Of a stretch of DNA of 55,608 nt, positions 6,706 to 15,560 are shown piece by piece. Position 1 is the stretch's first letter. The number at the start of each line of letters is the position of its first letter. The translations under genes were made by a program, and so were the position numbers. The notes under the pieces are model-generated. The model did not search any database, had not been told where the DNA came from, and was given only the letters and a program-made list of their open reading frames with translations. This DNA is from Candidatus Wolfebacteria bacterium GW2011_GWE2_44_13 (GTDB lineage Bacteria > Patescibacteriota > Minisyncoccia > UBA6257 > UBA9933): assembly GCA_001000675.1 (NCBI GenBank), contig LCHW01000001.1, positions 160,686 through 216,293 on the forward strand, read 5' to 3'.

Positions 6706-8430
6706 ATGGCATCCCTTAAATATATTTTTGTAACAGGAGGAGTAATGTCGGGAGTTGGCAAGGGCGTTGCTGCTGCATCCATTGCAAAGATTCTTCAAGC
6801 GAAGGGCTTTTCTGTCACCGCTATCAAGATTGACCCGTATGTAAACGTAGACGCGGGGACAATGAACCCCACCGAGCATGGTGAGGTTTTTGTTTTGGAT
6901 GACGGCATGGAGTGCGATCAAGACATGGGGAACTATGAGCGCTTTTTGAATAGAAGTCTCTCAAGTGCCAACTATATGACTACAGGAAGTGTATACTTGT
7001 CGCTTATCAATAGAGAGCGTAGTTTGGAATTTGAAGGAAAATGCGTTGAAGTTGTGCCGCATGTGCCGCTTGAAGTTATTGATCGTATTAATACGGCTGC
7101 GAAAAAAGAAAAAGCAGATATTGTTATTATTGAAGTGGGTGGAACGGTTGGAGAATATCAGAATGTATTGTTTCTCGAAGCAGTGCGTATGATTAAAGCA
7201 AAGCGTCCCGAAGATGTTGCATTGGTATTAGTAAGCTATCTACCGCAACAAGGAGCTGAAGGTGAATTAAAGACAAAGCCAACGCAGTACGCAGTGCGCA
7301 CGCTTAACTCTGCGGGGTTGCAGCCGGATGTTATTTTGGCACGTGCAGGTATTGCGCTTGATAAACCGCGAAAAGAAAAGATTGCATTTAATTGTAATCT
7401 TGATAATGAAGCTGTCATATCTGCGCCTGATGTAAAAAGCATTTATGATGTGCCTTTGAATTTTGAACATGATAACTTGAGCGGCATCTTAATGAAGCGC
7501 TTAAAGTTGAAGCCTAAGAAGCATGACTTGAAAGAGTGGAAAGCGTTTGTTGCAAAAACACATGCCGTTTCTAAGCCAGTGAAAGTTGGCATTGTAGGGA
7601 AGTATTTTGCAAGCGGAGAGTTTGTTCTTGCCGATTCATATATTTCTGTTATTGAAGCGGTAAAACATGCTGCCTATGCAGCGGGGCGCATTCCAGAAAT
7701 TACATGGCTGAATGCAGGAGATTTTGATCCGTTAGGCGTAGGAACGAAAGCGGCAAAAGATAATTTAAAATTATTAAAACGGTACGACGGTATTATCGTA
7801 CCAGGAGGTTTTGGAAATAGAGGTGTTGAGGGAAAGATTTCCGTGATTGGTTATTTACGCGAACATAAAATTCCATTCTTTGGATTGTGCTATGGTATGC
7901 AGTTGGCGACGATAGAATTTGCACGAAATGTTGCAGGTCTGAAAGGCGCACATACAACCGAAGTAGATAAAAAGGCTGTGCATCCCGTTATCGATATTCT
8001 ACCGGAACAGCGTCAAAAAATGGCTCAGAAAGATTATGGTGCAACTATGCGACTTGGAGCGTATCCTGCGGTTGTGGATAAAGGAACACATGCATATGCG
8101 GCGTACAAAGGGAGCCACTTCCAAACCGAGGGAACGAAGCGCAGGAAGGAGCAGAAGTTACAAATACCCGCTGATGAACTTATCGTGTTTGAGCGGCATC
8201 GACATCGATATGAGGTTAACCCCGTATATGTTGAGAAGCTTATCGATAAAGGGCTTGTGTTCTCGGGTATGTCACCCGATCGACGCTTAATGGAAATTGT
8301 TGAATTGCCGAAAGCAAAACATCCATTTTTCGTTGCGGCTCAGTTTCATCCTGAATTTACCGCGCGTCCGTTGGCACCCCATCCATTGTTTGTTGCTTTT
8401 GTAAAAGCAGCAATTGCGAAAAAGAAATAA
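6706..8430 (+). CDS. pyrG: CTP synthase
   Basis: 574-aa ORF. N-terminus KYIFVTGGVMSGVGKG, glutamine amidotransferase GLCYGMQ, and ERHRHRYEVN. Confidence 0.95.
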   Translation: MASLKYIFVTGGVMSGVGKGVAAASIAKILQAKGFSVTAIKIDPYVNVDAGTMNPTEHGEVFVLDDGMECDQDMGNYERFLNRSLSSANYMTTGSVYLSLINRERSLEFEGKCVEVVPHVPLEVIDRINTAAKKEKADIVIIEVGGTVGEYQNVLFLEAVRMIKAKRPEDVALVLVSYLPQQGAEGELKTKPTQYAVRTLNSAGLQPDVILARAGIALDKPRKEKIAFNCNLDNEAVISAPDVKSIYDVPLNFEHDNLSGILMKRLKLKPKKHDLKEWKAFVAKTHAVSKPVKVGIVGKYFASGEFVLADSYISVIEAVKHAAYAAGRIPEITWLNAGDFDPLGVGTKAAKDNLKLLKRYDGIIVPGGFGNRGVEGKISVIGYLREHKIPFFGLCYGMQLATIEFARNVAGLKGAHTTEVDKKAVHPVIDILPEQRQKMAQKDYGATMRLGAYPAVVDKGTHAYAAYKGSHFQTEGTKRRKEQKLQIPADELIVFERHRHRYEVNPVYVEKLIDKGLVFSGMSPDRRLMEIVELPKAKHPFFVAAQFHPEFTARPLAPHPLFVAFVKAAIAKKK

Positions 8431-8465
8431 AAAAGCGCCCACCGGAAAATCTGGTGGGCGTTTGC
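8431..8465. terminator. shared terminator for convergent genes
   Basis: CGCCCACCGG / CTGGTGGGCG stem with one G-U pair. The U-run is stronger when read on the minus strand (GCGCTTTTTT). Confidence 0.7.
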
Positions 8466-8481
8466 TGTTGCGGGGCAGCAC

Positions 8482-9075
8482 TTACGAGCTGAGAATCAGG
8501 TCGAACGTTAGCTTGCCGTCTCGTTTGTCTCTTGCGCGCTCGACAATGGCTATCTCCTTGAATTCTGATAGCTTGTGGCGGGAGACTTCTGTCCAGTCAA
8601 AGTTGCCGCCATGACTCCTTGTTGTCATTGCCAGTAAGTTCGAGAAGCGTTGTCCAGGCTCCCCAAGGTAATCGCCTGTACGCGCCATATCGCTTCCGGC
8701 TCTGGAGCAAGCTTCACTTAGCGCACGCTCGATGGGGTCTTTTTTATGCGGCCCCACATTTCGTTCAACGATAATCTCATCGTCAACGCCGAATTGCATG
8801 CGCACGCGACACATACCTTCGGGCGTTTTGTTTTCGAGCGGGTTGTCTGCAAACTTGGACATGCACCCGCTTTCACCGACGTATGCCCGCACTCCTGCGA
8901 TGTGCTGGACTTCGTTGATCGTAACAGTTCTGAGCAGGGGGTTTTGTAGTGCGGAAAGCACTATGTCGGGCAGTAAATGCTTCTCCCCTGTATTCGCTAA
9001 TTCCGCGAGCGTTCTCGACGCTTGCATTGATAGCAGCCATTTCTTAAGTCCTTCTTCCGACGGCTCTATGCCCAT
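8482..9075 (-). CDS. hypothetical protein, no motif recognised
   Basis: 197-aa ORF with SD AGGAAAGGA upstream. It appears more GC-rich than its neighbours. It is convergent with pyrG and divergent from the Cys-rich sORF. Confidence 0.6.
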   Translation of the reverse strand: MGIEPSEEGLKKWLLSMQASRTLAELANTGEKHLLPDIVLSALQNPLLRTVTINEVQHIAGVRAYVGESGCMSKFADNPLENKTPEGMCRVRMQFGVDDEIIVERNVGPHKKDPIERALSEACSRAGSDMARTGDYLGEPGQRFSNLLAMTTRSHGGNFDWTEVSRHKLSEFKEIAIVERARDKRDGKLTFDLILSS

Positions 9076-9160
9076 GCCCGTATTCCTTTCCTGAGGTTGT
9101 TAATGTAGGTTGCTAATTCGATACTAGTACACCTGGACAATATTGTAAAGTAATGGTGTA

Positions 9161-9189
9161 TTGACTTGCGAGGACAGGAGAAGTATAGT
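9161..9189 (+). promoter_or_regulatory. near-consensus sigma70 promoter for the Cys-rich sORF
   Basis: TTGACT (9161-9166), 17-nt spacer, TATAGT (9184-9189). Confidence 0.55.
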
Positions 9190-9232
9190 TTCTTCAGCTC
9201 GTATCCTATTTGGGAAAGAAAGGAAAAAGACT

Positions 9233-9289
9233 ATGTTTTGCATCGAAATGTGTGACCCCTGCACTGGTTGTGGGGCGTGCGGTAAGTAG
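9233..9289 (+). CDS. 18-codon cysteine-rich small ORF (MFCIEMCDPCTGCGACGK)
   Basis: ATG 9233, TAG 9287-9289. AGGA lies 9 nt upstream. 5 of 18 codons are Cys, with spacing C-x3-C-x2-C-x2-C-x2-C. It is bracketed by a promoter (9161-9189) and a hairpin plus U-run (9312-9338). Confidence 0.4.
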   Translation: MFCIEMCDPCTGCGACGK

Positions 9290-9311
9290 GTGCCGCCTTT
9301 CTGTTTACGAA

Positions 9312-9338
9312 CCCCCGGTTTATCCGGGGCTTTTTCTT
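9312..9338 (+). terminator. terminator/attenuator hairpin between the sORF and the cysteine desulfurase
   Basis: CCCCGG (9313-9318) pairs with CCGGGG (9324-9329), followed by CTTTTTCTT. Confidence 0.5.
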
Positions 9339-9380
9339 ACCTTGACCTTTTGTACTATAATGGCTATATAACACATACAT

Positions 9381-10625
9381 ATGCAGCGTATTTATTTGGA
9401 CAATGCGGCGACTACACCGCTCGATAAGGAAGTGAAACAGGCTATGGAGCCTTATTTTGGTGATACCTATGGAAATCCAAGTTCGTTGCATTGGTTTGGA
9501 CAGCAGGCACGTGCAGCAGTTGATGCATCGCGAGAAACGATTGCTAATGCAATCGGTGCACAATTCCGAGAGGTTGTCTTTACCGGTTCTGCGACCGAGG
9601 CAAATAATCTGGCGCTTCGTGGAGCGATACAACATGCACGGGACATCTTTACTTCATTGCACGATGGGCTTCCGATGAAGATAATTATTTCTACTATTGA
9701 ACATGATTCAATTTTAGACACGGCACGCGAGTTGGAAAAAGAAGGGGTTGAGGTGGCTCGCATTCCGGTTGCTACAGATGGTACTGTTGATGTGCAACAA
9801 ATAGAAGCCGCGCTCGATGAACGGACAGTATTGGTTTCGATTATGTATGCGAATAATGAAATTGGAACAATACAGCCGATTAAAGAAATCGCGAATAGTA
9901 TTAAAAGATTTCGAGCACGTGAGAATGCATTGCCGTACTATCCGTTGTTTCATACGGATGCGGTGCAGGCATTTCAATTTTTAGATTGTGCTGTTGATGC
10001 ACTGGGCGTTGATTTGATGACACTCTCGGCGCATAAACTATATGGACCTAAGGGGGTTGGTGCATTGTATGTACGCACTATGAATAGTGTAGCGCATACA
10101 CAAGGAGATCGTACGAGTATAATTCGTCCCCGCGTTTCTGGTGGTGGGCAAGAATTTGGAATGCGTTCGGGCACAGAAAATGTTGCCGCGATTGCGGGCT
10201 TTGCGAAAGCAGTTACCTTAATCGCTGAACGTAAAGAAAGTGAATACGAACGATTGCAATTATTGCGCGAACGTTTGTGGAACGGAATTCAGGATGTATG
10301 TCCAAAAGCGATCGTAAATGGAAAGGAAATGGATTCCCGCGTTCGCGGGAATGACAAACCCACGCTTCCGAATATCCTCAACGTATATTTTCCTGAGCGA
10401 AAAGGAGGAGACTTGCTTATTGCATTTGATATGCATGGGATTGCGGTTTCGAGTGGTTCGGCTTGCGCAGCATTTTCCGCAAAGCCATCCCATGTGCTTG
10501 TGGCGCTTGGGTTTGATGATGGCCGGGCTGGGGGAAGCTTACGCTTTAGTATGGGGCGACATACAACGGAGGACGAAATTGATGGGGCTATCGATGCATT
10601 GCGATTAGTTCTGACGGCGCAATAA
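9381..10625 (+). CDS. cysteine desulfurase (class V aminotransferase, IscS/NifS type)
   Basis: 414-aa ORF. IYLDNAATTP N-terminus, PLP-lysine block SAHKLYGPKG, and catalytic loop SSGSACAA. Confidence 0.9.
   Translation: MQRIYLDNAATTPLDKEVKQAMEPYFGDTYGNPSSLHWFGQQARAAVDASRETIANAIGAQFREVVFTGSATEANNLALRGAIQHARDIFTSLHDGLPMKIIISTIEHDSILDTARELEKEGVEVARIPVATDGTVDVQQIEAALDERTVLVSIMYANNEIGTIQPIKEIANSIKRFRARENALPYYPLFHTDAVQAFQFLDCAVDALGVDLMTLSAHKLYGPKGVGALYVRTMNSVAHTQGDRTSIIRPRVSGGGQEFGMRSGTENVAAIAGFAKAVTLIAERKESEYERLQLLRERLWNGIQDVCPKAIVNGKEMDSRVRGNDKPTLPNILNVYFPERKGGDLLIAFDMHGIAVSSGSACAAFSAKPSHVLVALGFDDGRAGGSLRFSMGRHTTEDEIDGAIDALRLVLTAQ
10331..10356 (+). repeat. GGATTCCCGCG..CGCGGGAATGACA palindromic repeat inserted in frame in the cysteine desulfurase CDS
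   Basis: It is the reverse-complement form of the GTCATTCCCGCG...GGAATCC unit also seen at 49581-49642 and 54176-54200. It is translated as DSRVRGNDK. Confidence 0.75.
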
Positions 10626-10682
10626 ACTTGTCGTCTTGCGATTCCGTGTAATCAGTGGTATGTTTGCGAAGCTGTTTTTGGC

Positions 10683-10703
10683 ATAGCACTGATGTGCTAT
10701 AGT
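10683..10703 (+). promoter_or_regulatory. inverted repeat overlapping an extended -10 upstream of clpB (candidate operator)
   Basis: ATAGCAC-TGAT-GTGCTAT (10683-10700) overlaps TGcTATAGT (10695-10703). Confidence 0.35.
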
Positions 10704-10745
10704 ATAGATATACCTAATAACACTCTATTGATATTTTTGTTTTAA

Positions 10746-13409
10746 ATGAATAATTTCAACCGATTTACAATTAAGGCACAGGAAGCGCTGCAAAACGCAC
10801 AAGAGCTCGCCGCACGAGGAAATCACGGCGAATTAAAGGCGTTGCATTTGTTGGTTGCATTGGTCAGTGATGAAAGTACGCTTGTGCGTCCATTGCTTGC
10901 AAAAGCGGGGGTCAGTGCAGACGAAATACATTCTTCAGCTACTGAGCAACTATTGAATGAACCAAAAAGCGCCGGAAGCGTTAGCTTGTCGCAACTCTAT
11001 TTATCTCAGGAATTAATGAACATTCTTGATAAAGCAGGGAAAATTGCACAGCACCAGAAAGACGAATATATTTCGTGTGAGCATTTATTGCTCGCCATTC
11101 TTGAGGCGGGCTCTTCGAAGGCTTCGCGTATTCTTGTTGAGCTTGGCTTAAAGCGCGATGCGGCAATCCGTATCTTGGCGCAGCTTCGTGGTTCATCGCG
11201 GGTTACGGACGAAACGCCAGAAACGAAATTTCAGGTGCTTGAAAAATATGGCATCAACCTTACGGACATGGCGCGCGATGGCAAGCTGGATCCGGTTATT
11301 GGGCGTGATGAAGAATTGCGTCGCGTGATGCAGGTATTAAGTCGTCGCACGAAAAATAATCCTGTTTTGATTGGTGAACCAGGTGTTGGAAAGACGGCGG
11401 TTGTTGAAGGGCTTGCACAGCGAATTGTTTCGGGTGATGTGCCGGAGCCATTAAAGGATAAGGAAATAATTATGCTTGACCTTGGTTCTTTGATTGCGGG
11501 GACAAAATTCCGTGGTGAATTTGAAGACCGCCTTAAAGCCTTTATGCGCGAGGTGCAGAATTCTGCCGGACGCATTATTTTATTTATTGATGAAATCCAC
11601 ATGATCGTCGGTGCGGGTGCCGCAGAGGGCGCTATTGATGCATCGAATTTATTGAAACCGCCACTAGCACGCGGTGAGTTGCATGCCATTGGTGCAACGA
11701 CAATTAGTGAGTATCAAAAGCATATCGAAAAGGACATGGCGCTTGAACGCCGCTTCCAGCCGATTATGGTGGAAGAGCCTTCTATTGACGATAGCATCAC
11801 TATTCTTCGTGGGTTGAAAGGAAAATATGAATTGCATCATGGTATTCGCATTAGCGATGAAGCCATCGTGTCTGCGGTGAATTTGTCCGCGCGATATTTA
11901 ACGGATCGTTTCTTGCCGGATAAAGCAATCGACTTAATCGATGAAGCAGCTGCAGCGCGTAGACTTGAATCGGAAAGCTTGCCATCTGAAATTGATAAAG
12001 TACGACACGAAATTATTAAGTTGGAGATTGAAAAATCTGCGCTTTCTTCAGAGACTGCGGAAAAGGCAAAAGATCGTCTTAAGGCAATTGAAAAGGAACT
12101 TAACGCGTTTAAAGATCGCAATGATGAATTATCTGCAAAGTGGCATGCCGAGAAACTTACCTTCGAAGAATTCCATAATCTAAAAAAGAAAATCGAAGAC
12201 TTAAAGCGACAAGCAGAACTTGCAGAGCGTGAAGGGTCACTTGATAAGGTTGCGAAAATTTTGTACGGCGAATTACCACAGGCAGAAAAAGATCTTAAGG
12301 TTTTTGAAAAGAAGTTTATTGATGGCGGCTTAACAAAAGGCAAAAAGAAAATAGGGGATGAGAAATTTATCAAAGAAGCAATCGACGAACACGACGTTGC
12401 GGCTGTTGTTTCCAAGTGGACACATATCCCCGTTACAAAGATGATTGAGTCTGAAGCGAATAAGCTTTCGACGATTGAGGACCAGCTTCGTGCGCGCGTT
12501 GTTGGGCAGGAGGATGCGGTTAAGGCCATTGCCAATGCCCTTAGGCGTGCCCGTACGGGCCTTTCAGACGAGAAACGACCCTTTGGTTCTTTTATGTTTC
12601 TTGGACCTACGGGGGTTGGAAAGACGGAGCTTGCGAAAGCACTCGCCGAAATTATGTTCAATGATGAAAAGGCATTGATTCGCGTGGATATGTCTGAATA
12701 TATGGAACGACATTCCGTCTCTCGATTGATTGGCTCTCCTCCGGGATACGTCGGACACGAAGAGGGGGGTAAGCTGACGGAAGCGATGCGTCATCGTCCA
12801 TACAGTTTAATTTTGTTTGATGAAATTGAAAAAGCGCATCCTGATGTATTTAACATTTTGTTGCAGGTGCTTGATAACGGACGATTGACCGATAGCAAAG
12901 GAAAGAGTGTGAACTTTAGAAACTCGATCATCATTCTTACTTCAAACGTGGGTAGTGAATTCTTCCACGAAATGTCTAAGCTTGGCTTTGAGACAACGAA
13001 GGAAGAGGATATTAGTGGGCAACAGGAAGAACTTTTCAAGGAGCGCGTCAATGCCTCATTGAAAGAGACATTCCGCCCTGAGTTCTTGAATCGATTGGAT
13101 GAGATTATCGTATTCAATCCACTAACACCGAAAGAGATTGAGCAGATTATCGAGATTCAGATTAACGAAGTATTGCAACGGCTTGCCTTGCGCAACATGA
13201 ACGTTACGATAGATGCTTCTGTGAAGAAGTATATCGCTGAACATGGATTTAACCCTGACTATGGCGCACGTCCTATTAAGCGATTGATCCAAAAAACTAT
13301 CTTAGATCAGTTAGCAGACAGAATCATTAAAGGTGAATTCAACAATGTTAAAAAGATTAAAATCAGCTTTAAAGATCAGCATCTCAACATCGTTTCCACT
13401 CGCGCTTAA
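10746..13409 (+). CDS. clpB: ATP-dependent chaperone ClpB
   Basis: 887-aa ORF with a Clp N-domain, two Walker A sites ([16 protein letters not shown]), a long middle coiled-coil, and [10 protein letters not shown] near the C-terminus. Confidence 0.95.
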   Translation: MNNFNRFTIKAQEALQNAQELAARGNHGELKALHLLVALVSDESTLVRPLLAKAGVSADEIHSSATEQLLNEPKSAGSVSLSQLYLSQELMNILDKAGKIAQHQKDEYISCEHLLLAILEAGSSKASRILVELGLKRDAAIRILAQLRGSSRVTDETPETKFQVLEKYGINLTDMARDGKLDPVIGRDEELRRVMQVLSRRTKNNPVLIGEPGVGKTAVVEGLAQRIVSGDVPEPLKDKEIIMLDLGSLIAGTKFRGEFEDRLKAFMREVQNSAGRIILFIDEIHMIVGAGAAEGAIDASNLLKPPLARGELHAIGATTISEYQKHIEKDMALERRFQPIMVEEPSIDDSITILRGLKGKYELHHGIRISDEAIVSAVNLSARYLTDRFLPDKAIDLIDEAAAARRLESESLPSEIDKVRHEIIKLEIEKSALSSETAEKAKDRLKAIEKELNAFKDRNDELSAKWHAEKLTFEEFHNLKKKIEDLKRQAELAEREGSLDKVAKILYGELPQAEKDLKVFEKKFIDGGLTKGKKKIGDEKFIKEAIDEHDVAAVVSKWTHIPVTKMIESEANKLSTIEDQLRARVVGQEDAVKAIANALRRARTGLSDEKRPFGSFMFLGPTGVGKTELAKALAEIMFNDEKALIRVDMSEYMERHSVSRLIGSPPGYVGHEEGGKLTEAMRHRPYSLILFDEIEKAHPDVFNILLQVLDNGRLTDSKGKSVNFRNSIIILTSNVGSEFFHEMSKLGFETTKEEDISGQQEELFKERVNASLKETFRPEFLNRLDEIIVFNPLTPKEIEQIIEIQINEVLQRLALRNMNVTIDASVKKYIAEHGFNPDYGARPIKRLIQKTILDQLADRIIKGEFNNVKKIKISFKDQHLNIVSTRA

Positions 13410-13410
13410 G

Positions 13411-14220
13411 GTGGGGCGATTTCTTGGAAGAAAAGTCGTCGCGGAAGCTACCCAGCTTGCGCGACGATTACGTCTTCCTGCACTAATGCCTTCAGTAGGA
13501 AAGGCGCTGTTATTCTCCACCGTCCTTTCGATTGCGATTATCGAAGGCGGATTCTTTTGGGGGTTGGTATTCTTTGGCGTTGCCTTCTATTGGTATTTCC
13601 GATCCATGTTCGAGTGGAATACATTTTTGTATTCGTTTTTTGTATTGACGTTGTATGCATATCTTTCGACTTCGTTTCTTGACCATGCAACGGATCTTGG
13701 GGGGTTGTCGGGGAATACCCCAGTTGTAATTGCTTCACTTGTGTTTGGAGTACTATTCTTTCTTCTGCTTGGCATTAAGGAGTATGTATTTTTGTGGCGT
13801 CAGGCAATTTTTAATTTTATTTCAGGTTCGCTGTACTTTTTTATCAGTATTACGTTTTTCATCGCTGATAAAGATTCCGCATGGGCATTTTTCTCATACT
13901 TCCTTCTATCCTTTTTCGCGCTATATTTACTTATAAAAGAATCGATTGACTTCTTTATGGAGGATGCGCCAAAGCGAAAGAAAGAGTTGCTGATTGTTGG
14001 GTCAACGCTTTTGGTTATTGAATTTTTGAGTGTGGTAAGTATCTTGCCGATTGGATTTTTAAATGCAGCTGCGCTTATTGTATTGATTGTCTTTATCCTT
14101 GAGGATCTAGTGTATCACCACTTGAAAGGCGATTTAGATCGCCCGATTGTATTAAATAACGTCACCATCCTCGTTATTTGTTTGTTGTTTATATTTGCTA
14201 CTTCGAAGTTGACGTTATAA
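13411..14220 (+). CDS. polytopic membrane protein, unknown function
   Basis: The ORF track starts at 13333, overlapping clpB by 77 nt. In-frame GTG 13411 sits just after the clpB stop, and ATG 13486 is another option. At least 6 hydrophobic segments. Confidence 0.55.
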   Translation: MGRFLGRKVVAEATQLARRLRLPALMPSVGKALLFSTVLSIAIIEGGFFWGLVFFGVAFYWYFRSMFEWNTFLYSFFVLTLYAYLSTSFLDHATDLGGLSGNTPVVIASLVFGVLFFLLLGIKEYVFLWRQAIFNFISGSLYFFISITFFIADKDSAWAFFSYFLLSFFALYLLIKESIDFFMEDAPKRKKELLIVGSTLLVIEFLSVVSILPIGFLNAAALIVLIVFILEDLVYHHLKGDLDRPIVLNNVTILVICLLFIFATSKLTL

Positions 14221-14233
14221 GGGCTGGTAATAA

Positions 14234-14262
14234 TTGACACGATAAATCCTGTGCGGTATAAG
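14234..14262 (+). promoter_or_regulatory. promoter of paralog 1
   Basis: TTGACA (14234-14239), 17-nt spacer, TATAAG (14257-14262). Confidence 0.5.
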
Positions 14263-14304
14263 TTGGTTAGGTGCTTCACAAATCAACCTAGAGGAGAGAA
14301 GGTT

Positions 14305-14802
14305 ATGAGCGAGAATGCGAACGGCGCAAAAGATATGCCGAGGCCCTGGTATGAGATTTTGTTGAAAAGGCTTGACTTGCTTGCGAGGAATTGTTGCTCC
14401 CTTGAGCGCTTGATGGAATCTGGGGAGGCATTTATGCGCACTGGGCTGAGCCTGGCGATGCGTCACCTGATTATACGTGCGTTACAGGAGCTGTTGATTA
14501 AGAATGCGCGAAATTATGAGCAGGGTGCAATTACGTACTTTAAGTTGCTTATACGTCAGCTGGGGCAAGGAGATCTGTGGTACATGGTTGCCCTAGGCCG
14601 CATACATGAATATGCGATGCGGGATGACGCTATGCAAGCGCTTCGTGAAGAGGTGAGCGATCTCCTTGCCTCCGAGATTACCCAAACCGAGCGCGCATGG
14701 ATCATCCGCGAGCTCGACAGAATGCTGTGCGAAGAATCCGCCGGTTACCACCAGAATGCTGTTGCGTACTTGAAGACGCTTCGGCAATGGATGGCAGAAT
14801 AA
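14305..14802 (+). CDS. helical two-repeat protein, paralog 1 of a tandem triad
   Basis: SD GAGGAG at 14291-14296 favours ATG 14305 over the track start 14251. 165 aa with two WY-x2-L-x-R ... Y-x2-(N/G)A-x2-Y repeats. CC pair in ARNCCSLE. Confidence 0.7.
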   Translation: MSENANGAKDMPRPWYEILLKRLDLLARNCCSLERLMESGEAFMRTGLSLAMRHLIIRALQELLIKNARNYEQGAITYFKLLIRQLGQGDLWYMVALGRIHEYAMRDDAMQALREEVSDLLASEITQTERAWIIRELDRMLCEESAGYHQNAVAYLKTLRQWMAE

Positions 14803-14828
14803 CGCTTAAGCGCATTCATTTCAGTATG

Positions 14829-14856
14829 ATGCCCCTTCCGAGGGGCATTTGTTTTA
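14829..14856 (+). terminator. terminator of paralog 1
   Basis: ATGCCCCT-TCCG-AGGGGCAT, then TTGTTTTA. Nearly identical to the hairpin at 15462. Confidence 0.8.
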
Positions 14857-14879
14857 TATAGAGGAGTTCGAGTAAATTC

Positions 14880-14909
14880 TTAACATGAATTAACTGCGCG
14901 TGGTATAGG
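14880..14909 (+). promoter_or_regulatory. candidate promoter of paralog 2
   Basis: TTAACA, 18-nt spacer, TGgTATAGG. Confidence 0.35.
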
Positions 14910-14952
14910 TAAGTCAGACGTTTCACAATTTTCCCAGAGGAGGATTACGCGC

Positions 14953-15444
14953 ATGAGTGAAGTTACGAGTATTGGGAGTAAGAAGTGGTACAGAGTGTTG
15001 CTGGAGCGGATAGATCAAAAAGCTCGGTGCCTGTGCTCGTTGGAATTTTTACAGGAGCTCGGCAGGGACATTCGCTCGATGGATTTGCTCGAAAGAGAAC
15101 GTGATGCGATCAGAGCGGGACTTTCTTGCTTGCTGCGCGATAACGCTGGCAGCTATGAGCAGAGTGCTATCACGTACCTCAGGGCACTTGAGAAGCAACT
15201 CGAGCAGAAGCAGTGGTACATGTTTCTGTTGGAACGTATGGCACTTCATGCGCATGGGGGTGGCTCCATGCAAGCAGTAATCGAGGCGGGTGAAGATCTG
15301 AAAATGTCGGAGCTCGAAGAAAATGATCGGTATTCGATTATTGCCGAACTCGAGCGCATGTTGCGCGAGGATTCAGAAATGTACTCGTCTAATGCGGAAC
15401 AATACTTCGAAATGTTGTTGTCGCAAATTCGTGGATACAATTAA
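14953..15444 (+). CDS. helical two-repeat protein, paralog 2
   Basis: 163 aa with SD AGAGGAGGA upstream. It aligns with paralog 1: KKWYRVLLERIDQKARCLCSLE / WYMFLLERM ... YSSNAEQYFEML. Confidence 0.75.
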   Translation: MSEVTSIGSKKWYRVLLERIDQKARCLCSLEFLQELGRDIRSMDLLERERDAIRAGLSCLLRDNAGSYEQSAITYLRALEKQLEQKQWYMFLLERMALHAHGGGSMQAVIEAGEDLKMSELEENDRYSIIAELERMLREDSEMYSSNAEQYFEMLLSQIRGYN

Positions 15445-15461
15445 CCTCCTTTTGTTTTGCA

Positions 15462-15489
15462 ATGCCCCTTTCGAGGGGCATTTGTTTTA
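15462..15489 (+). terminator. terminator of paralog 2
   Basis: ATGCCCCT-TTCG-AGGGGCAT, then TTGTTTTA. Confidence 0.8.
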
Positions 15490-15494
15490 TGTGG

Positions 15495-15523
15495 TTGCAA
15501 AATTATTTTTGTGGTGCTATTTT
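15495..15523 (+). promoter_or_regulatory. candidate promoter of paralog 3
   Basis: TTGCAA (15495-15500), 17-nt spacer, TGcTATTTT (ending at 15523). Confidence 0.45.
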
Positions 15524-15560
15524 ATCTGCAGCAACTATTTTATGAATACGGGAGGATTAA

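Noticed and set aside
9342-9361. TTGACC ... TATAAT as an independent promoter for the cysteine desulfurase
   Set aside because: The two hexamers are only 8 nt apart, so they cannot act as a -35/-10 pair. TATAAT alone (9356-9361) may still act as a -10, leaving it open whether the gene depends on read-through from the sORF unit.
10683-10700. CIRCE element upstream of clpB
   Set aside because: The half-site cores are similar, but the arms are shorter (7 nt) and the cores are 4 nt apart, not the ~13 nt of CIRCE. It is kept only as a generic candidate operator.
11837-12661. 274-aa antisense ORF inside clpB, and similar long antisense ORFs inside the glucan synthase, pilin, atp and pgk genes
   Set aside because: These lie opposite well-supported conserved genes. 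Their low-complexity Ser/Ala/Arg-rich translations are typical of antisense frames, and they have no start signals.
13333-13410. Start of the membrane-protein ORF overlapping clpB by 77 nt
   Set aside because: A long same-strand overlap with a highly conserved gene is unlikely. In-frame GTG 13411 or ATG 13486 are more plausible starts.
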